Assembly: GCA_037440025.1 (NCBI GenBank)
Contig: JBBIUX010000001.1
Span: 1-64,000 of the forward strand
Origin: Candidatus Fraserbacteria bacterium
GTDB taxonomy: Bacteria > Bipolaricaulota > Bipolaricaulia > RBG-16-55-9 > DRXL01
Direction of reading: 5' to 3'
Length of the DNA stretch: 64,000 bases
Shown: positions 36,732 through 46,541 of the stretch, piece after piece
Layout of the letters: every line of letters begins with the position of its first letter
How positions within the stretch are numbered: position 1 is the first letter of the stretch
The notes under the pieces: generated by a model
Seen by the model: only the letters and a program-made list of their open reading frames with translations
What the model was told of the DNA's origin: nothing
Databases searched by the model: none
Made by a program: the position numbers and the translations under genes

Positions 36732-39481
36732 CGATCACCTTTCTCTTCAAACAACCCCTTCTGCCCGCGCGGGGTTTCGCGCAGCGACTCTCTTCTGAGC
36801 AGCCCCTCGCGCGCGGGCATCAACTGCTCCAACAGCTTACGCTCTTCGTCGCCCTCAGGCAAGACACTCACTAAAGCCTGCGCTGCCCGCCAGAAACGCT
36901 CCGCCTCTAATAATCCCTCTTCTGCTAAGAACTTCTGCAAATTCTCCAGATCGCCCTTCTCCCAGAGCACCAGCGCTTTGTGCAACCCATTGATGAGTAG
37001 GGGCACAGCGTGCTGTGCCTCTACAGGACCTTCTTGTCTTTCAAAAGATTTCGGATCGCGGTCGAGAGCCGCCAGCACTCGCACTTTGTCTTTGAGTTTC
37101 TTCGCTAAGCCCACGTGAGCCAGCGCATCCAGCTCAACTCCCAGCACCTGCGAGAGTTTTCGGGCATCATCGTAGGGCACCTCGTTGGCGTCGTAGGCCC
37201 AGCGGAAGAGCACATAGAAGCGCGTGGGCGCGTCCACTTGGCCGACGCCCTCGGTCTTTAAGATCATCTCCAGCGCGAAGTCGGCCACAAGCCGGCGCAC
37301 TTCATCTAAGAGTTCGCTCACGGTGATCGTCTCTCCCGACGGGTGTAAGACTTTGTCGTAGCGTCCGAAGATTTCTACGGCGGGGCCGATGGCGGACACA
37401 AAGAAATCAGCGCCACTGATGCCGACTTCCCAAAATTTTTTCAGTCGGTCGCGCACGCGGGCTTCCAGTTGGGGCTTCAACTCGTGATACCAAGCCGTGG
37501 TTGATTTCGTGGGGCGTTTTCGGCACGCGAGCAGAATCGTCGAGACGATAGAACCCTTGCCACGGGTGTGGGTGCTGGCCTCCATTTCTGTGTGCACAGG
37601 CCAAGAGGCAGTTGGATAGAGTCCGGCGTTCAAGAGGCTCTGAATGAGACTTTCCCAAGCTGCTGTTGATTTATGCGTGAACATGATGACGGCAAGTCCC
37701 TCGTCTTTGAGCACGCGATGGATCTCTTGAAATGACTGGGTGAGCAAGCGTTCGTAGTGGCGGTGGGAGATGCATTTTGCGCAAGCGCAGTTGGGGTTGT
37801 CGTCTTGGTGTCGTTTGGACTTGGCCGCCGTAGCCCATCTTGCCGGGTTGTGAACGATCTCTTCGTCCTTGGGCGTCAGCTGAGTCTGAAACGCATCGGG
37901 GTAGAGATGGCCGACGGAGCGTTTGAGCCAGACGTAGAAGAAGTCTGAGAGATCGGCGTAGGGCACGTTGTCGTAGTAGGGCGGGTCGATGACGACGGCG
38001 TGTAAGCTGGAGTCTATGAAATTGCTGAGCGAAGCTGCTGAGCCGACCATGGCATTAGAGCAACTTCGCGTGCTGATTGCCTCACGAGAAACTGCAGCTT
38101 TTATCCAGTCAATGGCTCCTTCAAAGCCACCTGTGGAGATGCTGAAAGGATCAATTTCGGTGTAATCCCAAATCATGTGAAGATGATGTCCAGAAAAGGT
38201 GTTTCTGATTAGCTCTCGGCTCGTATGCCAGCTGCAAAGAATTGAGTTGTAGTCACCCAACCGATCAACCGCTAACCCCAAATACGTCGCCACGGCCTTG
38301 GCGTAGTCGTCGTTGCAGCACTCTTTTTTGATTTCTTCATGGGCTTCTCTCACCAATCTCGCAAAGGTCGCCAGCGCCAAGGCTTGACGGGGGTTGAAGT
38401 ATTTGCCCCACTCCGTAAGCCCATACGTGGGACGCTGTGAGGCTCCTTGACCAATCGTGCCGGGGCTTGGCTCATCGGGAACCAGCGATAACTCGTCCTT
38501 GTGATTAGCTTTCAGCTCTTCGAGCCTTCTCGCTGCCTTCTTGAACGCCTCTATGTGCTTCGAGTTTGCGACTGCATACTGACGCCCGCTGCCACGGCCC
38601 GTGGTCTTCACGACGGCTACTAATCTATGGCCCATGCGCTCTGCCTGCGCTTCGCTTCGCAAATAATCATCATCTGCCGTCCCACCGCAGAGCAAGCAAT
38701 GGGCCGTGGCCCTTCTGACGGTTCCCTGCGACGGCCAGTCTTCGTTCGCGCCCACGGTCACGACTTCAAAATCCACTCGCTTATCGTAGTGATTCACGAT
38801 GGGCTTGAGCGCGATGCGCTTGTTGGGTTTCTTGGCGAGCCAGAACTGGCGAAAGAGCGGAATCTCTGCGCCGCACGCGGGATTGGGACAGCGCACCGTG
38901 CGCGACCAGATATATGCGATGGGCGTTGCGCCATCAGGCTCTTTGGGGTAGAATTCCGCAAGCTCCGCTCGCGCCCGCTCCAGCACCCATTTGCCCCAGC
39001 GCTCCACGTCTTCATGTAGGGGCGAACGGCCGTTCGCCCCTACACCATATCTCTGCGGGTACTCCAAGGTCGCTTTCAGAATGAGATACGCCACAGGGTT
39101 GTATTCGACGGCATATGCCTCGCAGCCCAATCTCAAAGCTTCAAGGGGAATAGAGCCGCCGCCCGCGAATGAATCTAAGACTTTGGGCGGCCCGTCGGGA
39201 TAATGCTGTCGCAAGAGTTTGCGGGCTTCTTCGATGAGCGATGGGTGCGCATCCCAGTTGCACAGATTGATGAGAAAGCGCTTCAAGCGCTCGCGCTCCT
39301 CCTCAGATTCCGGGGAGGGGAGCAGTGCTCCGAGCACCGCAGCGCGGGCCACAACCAGAGGGCGTCTGGCCCACCAGACGTGCAGCGTTGAGATGTGCCC
39401 GTGACGAATGGCCTTCTCGCGCTTGGCCTCTTTACTCAGCTCAGCCAAGGGCAAGAGGTCTTCGATGAGATAACGCTTCAT
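36728..39481 (-). CDS. DUF1156 adenine-specific DNA methyltransferase with Zn ribbon
   Basis: LHVWWARRPL, LDSFAGGGSIPLEA (motif I), DPPYYDN (motif IV), CPNPAC and CLLC. Confidence 0.93.
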   Translation of the reverse strand: MKRYLIEDLLPLAELSKEAKREKAIRHGHISTLHVWWARRPLVVARAAVLGALLPSPESEEERERLKRFLINLCNWDAHPSLIEEARKLLRQHYPDGPPKVLDSFAGGGSIPLEALRLGCEAYAVEYNPVAYLILKATLEYPQRYGVGANGRSPLHEDVERWGKWVLERARAELAEFYPKEPDGATPIAYIWSRTVRCPNPACGAEIPLFRQFWLAKKPNKRIALKPIVNHYDKRVDFEVVTVGANEDWPSQGTVRRATAHCLLCGGTADDDYLRSEAQAERMGHRLVAVVKTTGRGSGRQYAVANSKHIEAFKKAARRLEELKANHKDELSLVPDEPSPGTIGQGASQRPTYGLTEWGKYFNPRQALALATFARLVREAHEEIKKECCNDDYAKAVATYLGLAVDRLGDYNSILCSWHTSRELIRNTFSGHHLHMIWDYTEIDPFSISTGGFEGAIDWIKAAVSREAISTRSCSNAMVGSAASLSNFIDSSLHAVVIDPPYYDNVPYADLSDFFYVWLKRSVGHLYPDAFQTQLTPKDEEIVHNPARWATAAKSKRHQDDNPNCACAKCISHRHYERLLTQSFQEIHRVLKDEGLAVIMFTHKSTAAWESLIQSLLNAGLYPTASWPVHTEMEASTHTRGKGSIVSTILLACRKRPTKSTTAWYHELKPQLEARVRDRLKKFWEVGISGADFFVSAIGPAVEIFGRYDKVLHPSGETITVSELLDEVRRLVADFALEMILKTEGVGQVDAPTRFYVLFRWAYDANEVPYDDARKLSQVLGVELDALAHVGLAKKLKDKVRVLAALDRDPKSFERQEGPVEAQHAVPLLINGLHKALVLWEKGDLENLQKFLAEEGLLEAERFWRAAQALVSVLPEGDEERKLLEQLMPAREGLLRRESLRETPRGQKGLFEEKGDR

Positions 39482-39792
39482 GGCAAATCCAGCGCGAACT
39501 TGATCGCGTCGTTGACCGATTGGATTTTGGCTGTGTTGAGAAACGTGATTCGTCTTTGTAGCCAGACTTTACGCACCGTGATCAGATTGTCGAGATTGAC
39601 AGCGCAGCGGCGAGGTAGGCCATCTGAAGGCCCGAGCTCCACCTCGGCTCGAATGCCACGAATGTGCGTCGAAACCGGCGCCACCGTCACCCACTGGCGG
39701 ATGCGATACGCTTCGTTACGGGAGACCAACACCACAGGCCGACGCCCAATAGGAGCAGGCAAGTCAGCCCACCAGACTTCGCCACGCCTCAC
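39478..39792 (-). CDS. MazF/PemK toxin
   Basis: RRGEVWWADL, RRPVVLVS, VTVAPVST; GTGA and ATGA overlaps. Confidence 0.9.
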   Translation of the reverse strand: MRRGEVWWADLPAPIGRRPVVLVSRNEAYRIRQWVTVAPVSTHIRGIRAEVELGPSDGLPRRCAVNLDNLITVRKVWLQRRITFLNTAKIQSVNDAIKFALDLP

Positions 39793-40055
39793 TTCTCCTC
39801 CCACTCGATTTCGGCCAAGAGTTGGCGGGCTATTTGATCGACCCCCGCCATCTCTTCTTCCGTCTCGGGATACTTCCGATAGCCTTCGATGTAGCGACGG
39901 ACGTCTTCCGCTTCCCGCTGCGCCTTCAGCCAATGACGGATCGCATCGGCAATCACCGCGCTTCGGGACTTCTTGAGCTGCCGACGAAACTTCTCTACGG
40001 CCCGAAACTCTTCTTTGGGTAGGCTTACTGCAATCTTCACTGTATGAGCTGCCAT
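39789..40055 (-). CDS. ribbon-helix-helix antitoxin
   Basis: VKIAVSLP...SRSAVIADAIR...YIEGYRKYP. Confidence 0.88.
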   Translation of the reverse strand: MAAHTVKIAVSLPKEEFRAVEKFRRQLKKSRSAVIADAIRHWLKAQREAEDVRRYIEGYRKYPETEEEMAGVDQIARQLLAEIEWEEK

Positions 40056-40082
40056 GATTCACCTCACAGTATGAACAAATGC

Positions 40083-40118
40083 ATACTCAGTATAACTCTG
40101 GCGGACGGGCACTGTCAA
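40083..40118 (-). promoter_or_regulatory. internal promoter and operator of the RHH-MazF module
   Basis: TTGACA-18-TATACT; palindrome ATACT-C-AGTAT overlapping the -10. Confidence 0.7.
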
Positions 40119-40122
40119 ACGC

Positions 40123-43100
40123 TTAGTTTTCAGACTCCACAGCCTTCTTCCAGTCGGCAAAGACCACTTTCACCGTGCGTAGGATCTCTTCGGGCGCAGG
40201 GAGTTTTTCAGCCGGGTTCTGAATCCGCGTAAGCTGCGGGCTCGTCAACGCATTCTCGACGGCATAGACCCAATATTTGTCTCCCAATCTTTGGGCCATC
40301 TGCCATTCGTGCAGCGTAAGTTGCAGCTCACCCGTCGTCTGAAAACCCTTCACTTCGATGTGGCGTGTCTCATCGGGCCCTTGCGAAAGAATATCATAGC
40401 CGCGGAATTCTAACGAGACGTCTTGTGGGGTTCGCCCTTGAGCACGCTCGTAGCTCATCGCGACCGCCATAGCCGTTCGCTCGATTCGTTTCTTGAGTTC
40501 TTCATCAGCAAGTGCAGCCGCGGCTTGCTCGGTGAAAGTTCCCTTAGGCACGACGAGCGCCACGGCGATCAGCTCCGGCTCTAAGCGCACTAAAGCCATC
40601 TCGCGCTCCAGTGCCTTCAAGCGCTCTGTCTTCTCGCGTACCAGCGCTTTGAGATGCTTCTCTTCTTCTTCGATGACCAGTCGCATGTCCTCGCCCGCGT
40701 CCAAACGCTTCTGATAGTCAAGCAATTTGCGATTCGATTCTGCCATCAAGGTGTTGAATGATCTTTCGAGATAGTCGCGCTTGATGCGGGTATCGCGCTC
40801 GCGGCGCGCTTTAGCTTCTTCGAAGACGCGATCTGTATAACGAGCGACCTCGCTTCTGATGGCCTCTTGGGCTTGCGTTAAGCCCTCGATAAAGTGTTGC
40901 GGGATGGTGGCATCTGGTTCAGCTCCCTCGAATTCCCACAGTACGCGGGGATCTACGGCGCGCACCTCGGCGCTTGCTGAGTCATAGAAGAACGTCAGCA
41001 GTTGTTCGCGGGCCGTCTGGTTTTCCCCATCGAGCACCTGAGCGCAATAGAACCAGAGTGAACCCGACCGCCCTTTGGGATCGAGCAAGAGCGTGCGCAG
41101 GGGCTTCTCTTTGCCTTGTAGAAAGTGCTCACAGAGAGCCTCAAAGAGCGGATGCCCCGGCGCCAAAAGCTCCGGTAGCGTCTCAGCTTCTTTAATCACT
41201 TTGCGCTCGAAGGCGACCCTCAGCCCGCGCACGAGAGAGTCGGGCAAGTGAAATTTTTTAGCGAACTCCCGCGGCACGGCGACCTTCCAGACGCCCTTGT
41301 CTTTCTTATCGGCCTGCATCGTCCCGCCGATTAGTCCCAGGGCTTCTCTGGTGAAGCGCTCGACGTCCCAGGGGACTAAACGCATCTCCAGCGAGCGCGT
41401 GTCCTCTTGTAAGATCGCCATGTGATCAATGTGATGGCTGGCCAGCGCGCTCTCTTCTAAAGCTCTTCTATATTGCTGAAAAGCCTGCTCAAGATCGCGC
41501 GTGAAAGTGACCTCGACTTCTTGCGGACTGTCCTTGAGCACGGCCTGCATCACTAACTGTTCGAGCTTTACGCCCTCTAAGAGCGTCCCCACGACATCGT
41601 AGACGCTGTCGCCCAACTGTTGGCGCATCTCGTTGAGCTTTTCCAAGAGCGTGTCCAGAACCTGCCCCTCGCGAGTTTGGTGGTAGAGCATGTTATAGAC
41701 AAAGCAATCGCGCTTCTGCCCGTAGCGATGGATGCGCCCCATGCGCTGTTCCAATCTATTGGGGTTCCACGGCAGATCGTAGTTGACCATCAGGCGACAG
41801 AATTGCAAATTTAAGCCTTCCCCAGCAGCCTCGGTAGCCACCATCACTTGGACGTCTGGGGCGCGAAAGCGGCGCTCTTGCTCGATGCGTTCTGAGAGCG
41901 TCATCTCGCCGTGAATTGTGGCCGTCTCATAGCCCCACTCGCGGAAGCGTTTGATCAGCCCGTAGAGCGTGTCTTTGAACTCCGTGAAGACGAGCAGCTT
42001 TTCATCAGAGTCGTTCTTCAGATGTCTTTCGACGAGTCCGCGCAGCTGCTCGGTCTTGGCTTCTTGACTGACTCTTGCGGCTTGCTGAGCAAGCTGGATG
42101 AGCCGATCGAGGTGGCGGATCTCATCGCGCAGCTCTTCAGGGCTTTCGGCAGCGGTCAGCCCCTCGCGCTGCTCTTCAAAACGCTCACGCTCTTGAGCCG
42201 TATAGTCTTCGGGTTCTTCGTCTGGGGCGTCTGTGGGGAGTTCGTATTCGGTGTCGCGCACGGCTTCCCAGCGGTCCAAGAGCGTAAGCAGCTTCGCTCG
42301 GCGGCGCTTGAGCGATTCGCCAATGGCCGTCAGGCTCGAAGCTAAACGCCGTTGGAGCACGACCAAGGCCAAGCCGATGTTGCGGCTGCGACGGTCTTTC
42401 GCTGCGGCGACGCGCCCGTACCATTTCTTCACATAAGCTGTGACGGCTTCATAGAGCTTCGCTTCTTCGGAGGAGAGAGCCACCTTGAGGCTGCTGACCT
42501 CGCGTTTCTTGAAGAGCGGGTTACCCAAAAGATCTTTCGCTTGTTCTTTAGAGCGTCGCAGCACGAAGGGGAGCTGTCCTTGCGCTCGAGAGGTTTCTAA
42601 TAAATGCCATTCGTCGGCGAAGAGGTAGGGCGCCAGCAGCTCGATCAGCTTAAAATACGCGAAGTGATCGCCCTTGTGAGGGGTGGCCGTCAAGAGCAAC
42701 AGATGCGTGGTCGCCCGCGCGAGCGCCGCGCCCAGCTCGTAGCGCTGCGTGCGCTTTTCTTCTCGACCGTACTTGGCTGCCGAGAGCTCATGAGCTTCGT
42801 CGAAGATGACCAAGTCCCAGCGTCGGCGGCTGAGCAGTTGGGGGTAGGGCTCGCGCTTGGCGAAGTCTAATGAAGTGATCAATTGCGGGTTGCGTTCGAG
42901 AAAGTCATCCGAGCGGAGTTGCTCGGCAAGCCCGCGATCTATCTGGGTGAACTCTTCGCGGAACCAATCGCGCATCTCGCGGCACCATTGGTCTTGCAGA
43001 TGGGCGGGGACGACAAGTAAGACGCGCCGCACAACGCCGCGTACTTTCAGTTCTTTCATAAGCAGTCCGGCCATGATCGTCTTGCCCAAGCCGGGATCGT

Positions 43101-43503
43101 CTGTGAGAAGAAAGCGCACCTTGGGCAAGGGCAAGATATGCTTATAGACCGCGTCCACCTGATGGGGCAGGAGATCTACTTGGGTGACGCTGACAGCATA
43201 GTGAGGGTCGAACGTATAAGCCAAGCGCATACGAAGCGCTTCCGCGTAGAGCAAGAAGGGCTTCTGAGGTAGCAGATTTCCTTGAGCGAACTGTTCTCTC
43301 AAAGAAGGGATAACCTTCACCCGCTGGGACAACTCTTCAGGGCTTAGGTAGAACGTTTCTGCGCGTTTGCTCTGCTGAAAGATGAGGCCGAGCCGGATCT
43401 TTTCCCCCACAGGTTCGCAGAGGAAGACTTGAGCAGTCTCCTCGAAGGGGGCTAGCCGAACCAGATCGCCGTGACGGAGTAAGGGCTTGGCTTGGGGTGT
43501 CAT
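40123..43503 (-). CDS. SNF2-family helicase with C-terminal DUF3883 (PD-(D/E)xK) nuclease domain
   Basis: LLPHQ, DDPGLGKT, DEAH, LTATPH, EGLNLQ, LEQRMGRIHRYGQ, GYDILS...IEVKG. Confidence 0.93.
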   Translation of the reverse strand: MTPQAKPLLRHGDLVRLAPFEETAQVFLCEPVGEKIRLGLIFQQSKRAETFYLSPEELSQRVKVIPSLREQFAQGNLLPQKPFLLYAEALRMRLAYTFDPHYAVSVTQVDLLPHQVDAVYKHILPLPKVRFLLTDDPGLGKTIMAGLLMKELKVRGVVRRVLLVVPAHLQDQWCREMRDWFREEFTQIDRGLAEQLRSDDFLERNPQLITSLDFAKREPYPQLLSRRRWDLVIFDEAHELSAAKYGREEKRTQRYELGAALARATTHLLLLTATPHKGDHFAYFKLIELLAPYLFADEWHLLETSRAQGQLPFVLRRSKEQAKDLLGNPLFKKREVSSLKVALSSEEAKLYEAVTAYVKKWYGRVAAAKDRRSRNIGLALVVLQRRLASSLTAIGESLKRRRAKLLTLLDRWEAVRDTEYELPTDAPDEEPEDYTAQERERFEEQREGLTAAESPEELRDEIRHLDRLIQLAQQAARVSQEAKTEQLRGLVERHLKNDSDEKLLVFTEFKDTLYGLIKRFREWGYETATIHGEMTLSERIEQERRFRAPDVQVMVATEAAGEGLNLQFCRLMVNYDLPWNPNRLEQRMGRIHRYGQKRDCFVYNMLYHQTREGQVLDTLLEKLNEMRQQLGDSVYDVVGTLLEGVKLEQLVMQAVLKDSPQEVEVTFTRDLEQAFQQYRRALEESALASHHIDHMAILQEDTRSLEMRLVPWDVERFTREALGLIGGTMQADKKDKGVWKVAVPREFAKKFHLPDSLVRGLRVAFERKVIKEAETLPELLAPGHPLFEALCEHFLQGKEKPLRTLLLDPKGRSGSLWFYCAQVLDGENQTAREQLLTFFYDSASAEVRAVDPRVLWEFEGAEPDATIPQHFIEGLTQAQEAIRSEVARYTDRVFEEAKARRERDTRIKRDYLERSFNTLMAESNRKLLDYQKRLDAGEDMRLVIEEEEKHLKALVREKTERLKALEREMALVRLEPELIAVALVVPKGTFTEQAAAALADEELKKRIERTAMAVAMSYERAQGRTPQDVSLEFRGYDILSQGPDETRHIEVKGFQTTGELQLTLHEWQMAQRLGDKYWVYAVENALTSPQLTRIQNPAEKLPAPEEILRTVKVVFADWKKAVESEN

Positions 43504-43552
43504 GATCCCTCAAGGCTTGGCACTCTGCGCTAGAAACTTTCAACTATCTTGC

Positions 43553-43629
43553 TGGTACGCCCGGGAGGACTTGAACCTCCGACCTCTGGCTCCGCAGGCC
43601 AGCGCTCTGATCCCCTGAGCTACGGGCGC
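43553..43629 (-). tRNA. tRNA-Arg(GCG)
   Basis: Anticodon arm CTGGC-CT-GCG-GA-GCCAG; CCA. Confidence 0.95.
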
Positions 43630-43686
43630 GTGTGCACGGCTATTCTAACAGGCAAACAGAGGCTTGTCAACGGGCAAATCCCCCTC
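43564..43686. repeat. att site, left copy of a 123-bp direct repeat
   Basis: Identical by eye to 49578-49700. Confidence 0.93.
43642..43670 (-). promoter_or_regulatory. sigma70 promoter of tRNA-Arg (duplicated at 49656-49684)
   Basis: TTGACA-17-TAGAAT. Confidence 0.85.
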
Positions 43687-43764
43687 TACTCACCCTCGAC
43701 TCTCCAGAGGCCGTCTGAGCCATAAAAAGGGGGTAGGCCAGCGGTCTTTTTTCGGCCAACTTTT

Positions 43765-44694
43765 ATGGTCAGCGAGACAGTCAACCAGCGGACGTTCGGT
43801 CAGCTCTCGGCAGCGTTCGAGGGCTTTCAGTTGTATGCCAGAATCGAGGGACGGTCAGCGAAGACGTTGGAAGTCTATCGGGTGGCTTTCCAAGACGTGC
43901 TCAGTTTCCTTGGGGAGAGCATAGCCTTATCCGACGTGGCTGCAGGGGATATACGGCGCTGGATTGCCCATAAATTGGACGCTGGCTACTCCAAGACGAC
44001 TATCAATATCCGGCTGCGTGCTTTGCGCGCCTTTTTTAACTGGCTTGTCCGAGAAGGGTATATGACGGAGAGACCCTTAGCCAACGTCAAGCAACTGCGA
44101 ACGCCAAGACAGTATCCTTACGTGCTCTCAGAGCAACAGGTCATGGCGCTGCTGAGGGTTATCAAGCGAGACTCTTGGACGGGCAAGCGCAACTGGGCAA
44201 TGGCGCTGACCATGCTCGACGCCATGCTCCGGCTCTCCGAGCTTATCCACCTAGAGCTTGCAGACGTGAACTTGCAAGCTCGCTCAATAAGAGTGCGTCA
44301 CGGCAAGGGGGATAAAGAGCGCGTGGTCTTTATGGGCCGCCGTCTCACAAGGGCCATGCACGACTGGCTTGCGGTGAGAGGCTATCACGTCGGGGAAGAT
44401 AGAGTCTTTGTCACCCGTCAAGGCACAAAGCTCGACAGCCGCAACGTGCAACGGATACTCGAACGGTATGCAGCCAAGGCGAAACTGACGGACGTGCGGG
44501 TCAGCCCGCACACATTGAGACACACCGGCGCGACGCTCTTTATCAGATACGGCGGCGACCCCTTTAGCCTGCAAAAGCTCTTAGGTCACAGCACTGTCAC
44601 CGTGACAGAGATTTATGTGCACATGGCGGGCACGGCTTTGAGGGAAGCGCACGCCAAGGCGAGCCCGGTGGATAGGCTGTTGGAGGGGAGCTAA
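43765..44694 (+). CDS. tyrosine recombinase/integrase (XerC/D-like)
   Basis: LRLSE (R), GKGDKER (K), HTLRH, LLGH, TEIYVH (Y): catalytic set intact. Confidence 0.95.
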   Translation: MVSETVNQRTFGQLSAAFEGFQLYARIEGRSAKTLEVYRVAFQDVLSFLGESIALSDVAAGDIRRWIAHKLDAGYSKTTINIRLRALRAFFNWLVREGYMTERPLANVKQLRTPRQYPYVLSEQQVMALLRVIKRDSWTGKRNWAMALTMLDAMLRLSELIHLELADVNLQARSIRVRHGKGDKERVVFMGRRLTRAMHDWLAVRGYHVGEDRVFVTRQGTKLDSRNVQRILERYAAKAKLTDVRVSPHTLRHTGATLFIRYGGDPFSLQKLLGHSTVTVTEIYVHMAGTALREAHAKASPVDRLLEGS

Positions 44695-44786
44695 AACGAG
44701 AGTTTACCATTGTCCCCGGCTTAAAGGTCAGTCTTCCTTCATTTTCAGTGTAATGACCTAATAGAGTTCTAAGTTGGAGTGATTTT

Positions 44787-45509
44787 GTGCGGATAGTAGC
44801 TATATCTTTAATAGGTATGTTTTGGGCTGGTCTGCTCATTAGCTGTACACCTCAGCAGCCCTCCAACCAGAGCCCTGTGGCTGCAATCGAAGCTTCTGTT
44901 ACCAGCGGCGAGGCTCCACTCACGGTAGTTCTGAGCGGGGCACGCTCGTATGACCCGGATGGGACAATCACCCGATATGAATGGGATTTGGGCAACGGAG
45001 ATAAGTCGAGCGGGGTTTCTGTCACGCACATTTATCAGCAATCGGCCACTTTCACAGTAGGCCTTAGCGTGACCGACGATAAAGGAGCTACAGCTTCAGC
45101 CACAATTTCAATCACAGTTGCGAAGGCTAGCTGTCCGCGTGATAGCACAAGCAATGGACAACTTCGACTTGCGGTACGGTCTATAAGCGTGGCGAGTGAA
45201 CTCGGGATTTGGCAGCCAAGTGAGGGCAACAGATTCTTAATTGTGGACGTGTCGATAGAATCTCTAGCGGACGACCAGCTAGCGAATGCGTTACTCTTCA
45301 AAATTGAAGAAGAAGACGGTACAGCGCACGATATCAGTATAGCAACTGCTTCTCTTCCTAAACCATTTGAGTCTGTCACATTAGACCGTGGACAAAAAAC
45401 TGGCGGACAGCTTGCTTTTGAAGTCGGCCTTTCGGTTCGCCAAGTGAAACTGCACTATAAACCTCTGCTGACCGGCCAGAAAATGAAGTTATGTCTTAGC
45501 GTGCCGTAA
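44787..45509 (+). CDS. lipoprotein with PKD and DUF4352-like domains
   Basis: Lipobox LLISC; PKD SGEAPLTV...SYDPDG...YEWDLGNG; C-terminal PSEGNRFLIVDVSI...GQLAFEV. Confidence 0.8.
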   Translation: MRIVAISLIGMFWAGLLISCTPQQPSNQSPVAAIEASVTSGEAPLTVVLSGARSYDPDGTITRYEWDLGNGDKSSGVSVTHIYQQSATFTVGLSVTDDKGATASATISITVAKASCPRDSTSNGQLRLAVRSISVASELGIWQPSEGNRFLIVDVSIESLADDQLANALLFKIEEEDGTAHDISIATASLPKPFESVTLDRGQKTGGQLAFEVGLSVRQVKLHYKPLLTGQKMKLCLSVP

Positions 45510-45620
45510 GGAGACTGTTGACTATCTCCCATGATTTGCGTCACTGTCAAATTCGTCTACCTGTGTATCGTGAACAATCCTTGAGTGAGCGGCCCCCAAA
45601 CATTCAGAATCCCTTGACCG

Positions 45621-46199
45621 TCAGGCAAACAATCCATTGGCCAGAGGCCCCAACTCTCTCTCGACCTCTTCCCTGGTCACTATGCCCTCTCTTACAGCCT
45701 GCACTATCTCCTTTCGCCAATCCGATACTGCAATGTTATCCGTTGATTGACCAGCAGCAAGCCGCGCAGTCTTTAATGCTTCGCTGAGCACTTCGCAGTA
45801 GCGCTTGGACGCCGACGCAATCTGACAAAGCACGGCGACACTATTCTTATCTTGAGCCCTCAACTCCTCCAATAGCTTGCCACACTCTCGCGCTCCCTCA
45901 CGCGCTATCTGCATAGCTTCCAAGGCGCCCTCTACGGAAAGTAGGTTTATTTCGGCTAACGCGTCACCGACGGTTTCAACGGTTTTTTGCTGTGCTCGCG
46001 CTGCAATAGCTCTTTGGTTCTGTTCTCGCAGCTCGTTCCACTTTTCGGCCTTAATTCTGTCTGCCAGCGTGCGAGAGCTGATGCCCCAGCGCTTCTCAAT
46101 GTCCCGACAGGTAGGGTAGACCCTGTTGCCAGCCTCGTCTTCCCAGCCCAGCGTGTAGGCAGCTTTTATCTCGTCCCAGGGTATCCTGCGAAAGCCCAT
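45621..46199 (-). CDS. terminase small subunit-like HTH protein
   Basis: N-terminal WDEIKAAY...TCRDIEKRWGISSRTLADRIKAEKW HTH followed by a long helical region. Confidence 0.55.
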   Translation of the reverse strand: MGFRRIPWDEIKAAYTLGWEDEAGNRVYPTCRDIEKRWGISSRTLADRIKAEKWNELREQNQRAIAARAQQKTVETVGDALAEINLLSVEGALEAMQIAREGARECGKLLEELRAQDKNSVAVLCQIASASKRYCEVLSEALKTARLAAGQSTDNIAVSDWRKEIVQAVREGIVTREEVERELGPLANGLFA

Positions 46200-46541
46200 T
46201 TTCACCCTGTCAATCGCTACGCAAATCCACCCGTTACCCGCACACGGGGCACCGGCCCGACTGACGAACCAGCGCGACACTAGCCCATTCTGAGGTTGGG
46301 CATACCCGCTGCCATAACCCTTGCAAGCGTCACACACTTGCAAGCCCGATACGTTGGCCAATTCGGCGGGATTGGCGACCCTCCGACACCGTTGCAGCTA
46401 TCTTATCCCAGATTTGTTTCGATTACTAGCCAATTCCATTGCGATTACTCTCAGCCTATTTTGATTCACAAGCAAATCCCCTCTTCTTTCCCTTGTGGGA
46501 CAGTTGCATTTCAAAATCCGCTTTTGAAGCCCTTTTTTTCT

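Noticed and set aside
39478..40062. 194-aa MazF ORF
   Set aside because: N-terminal half overlaps the antitoxin in another frame; the GTG at 39792 is the coupled start
45621..46361. 246-aa version of the TerS-like ORF with a Cys-rich N-terminus
   Set aside because: TTG start without SD inside the putative origin; ATG at 46199 has an SD-like GGGTG
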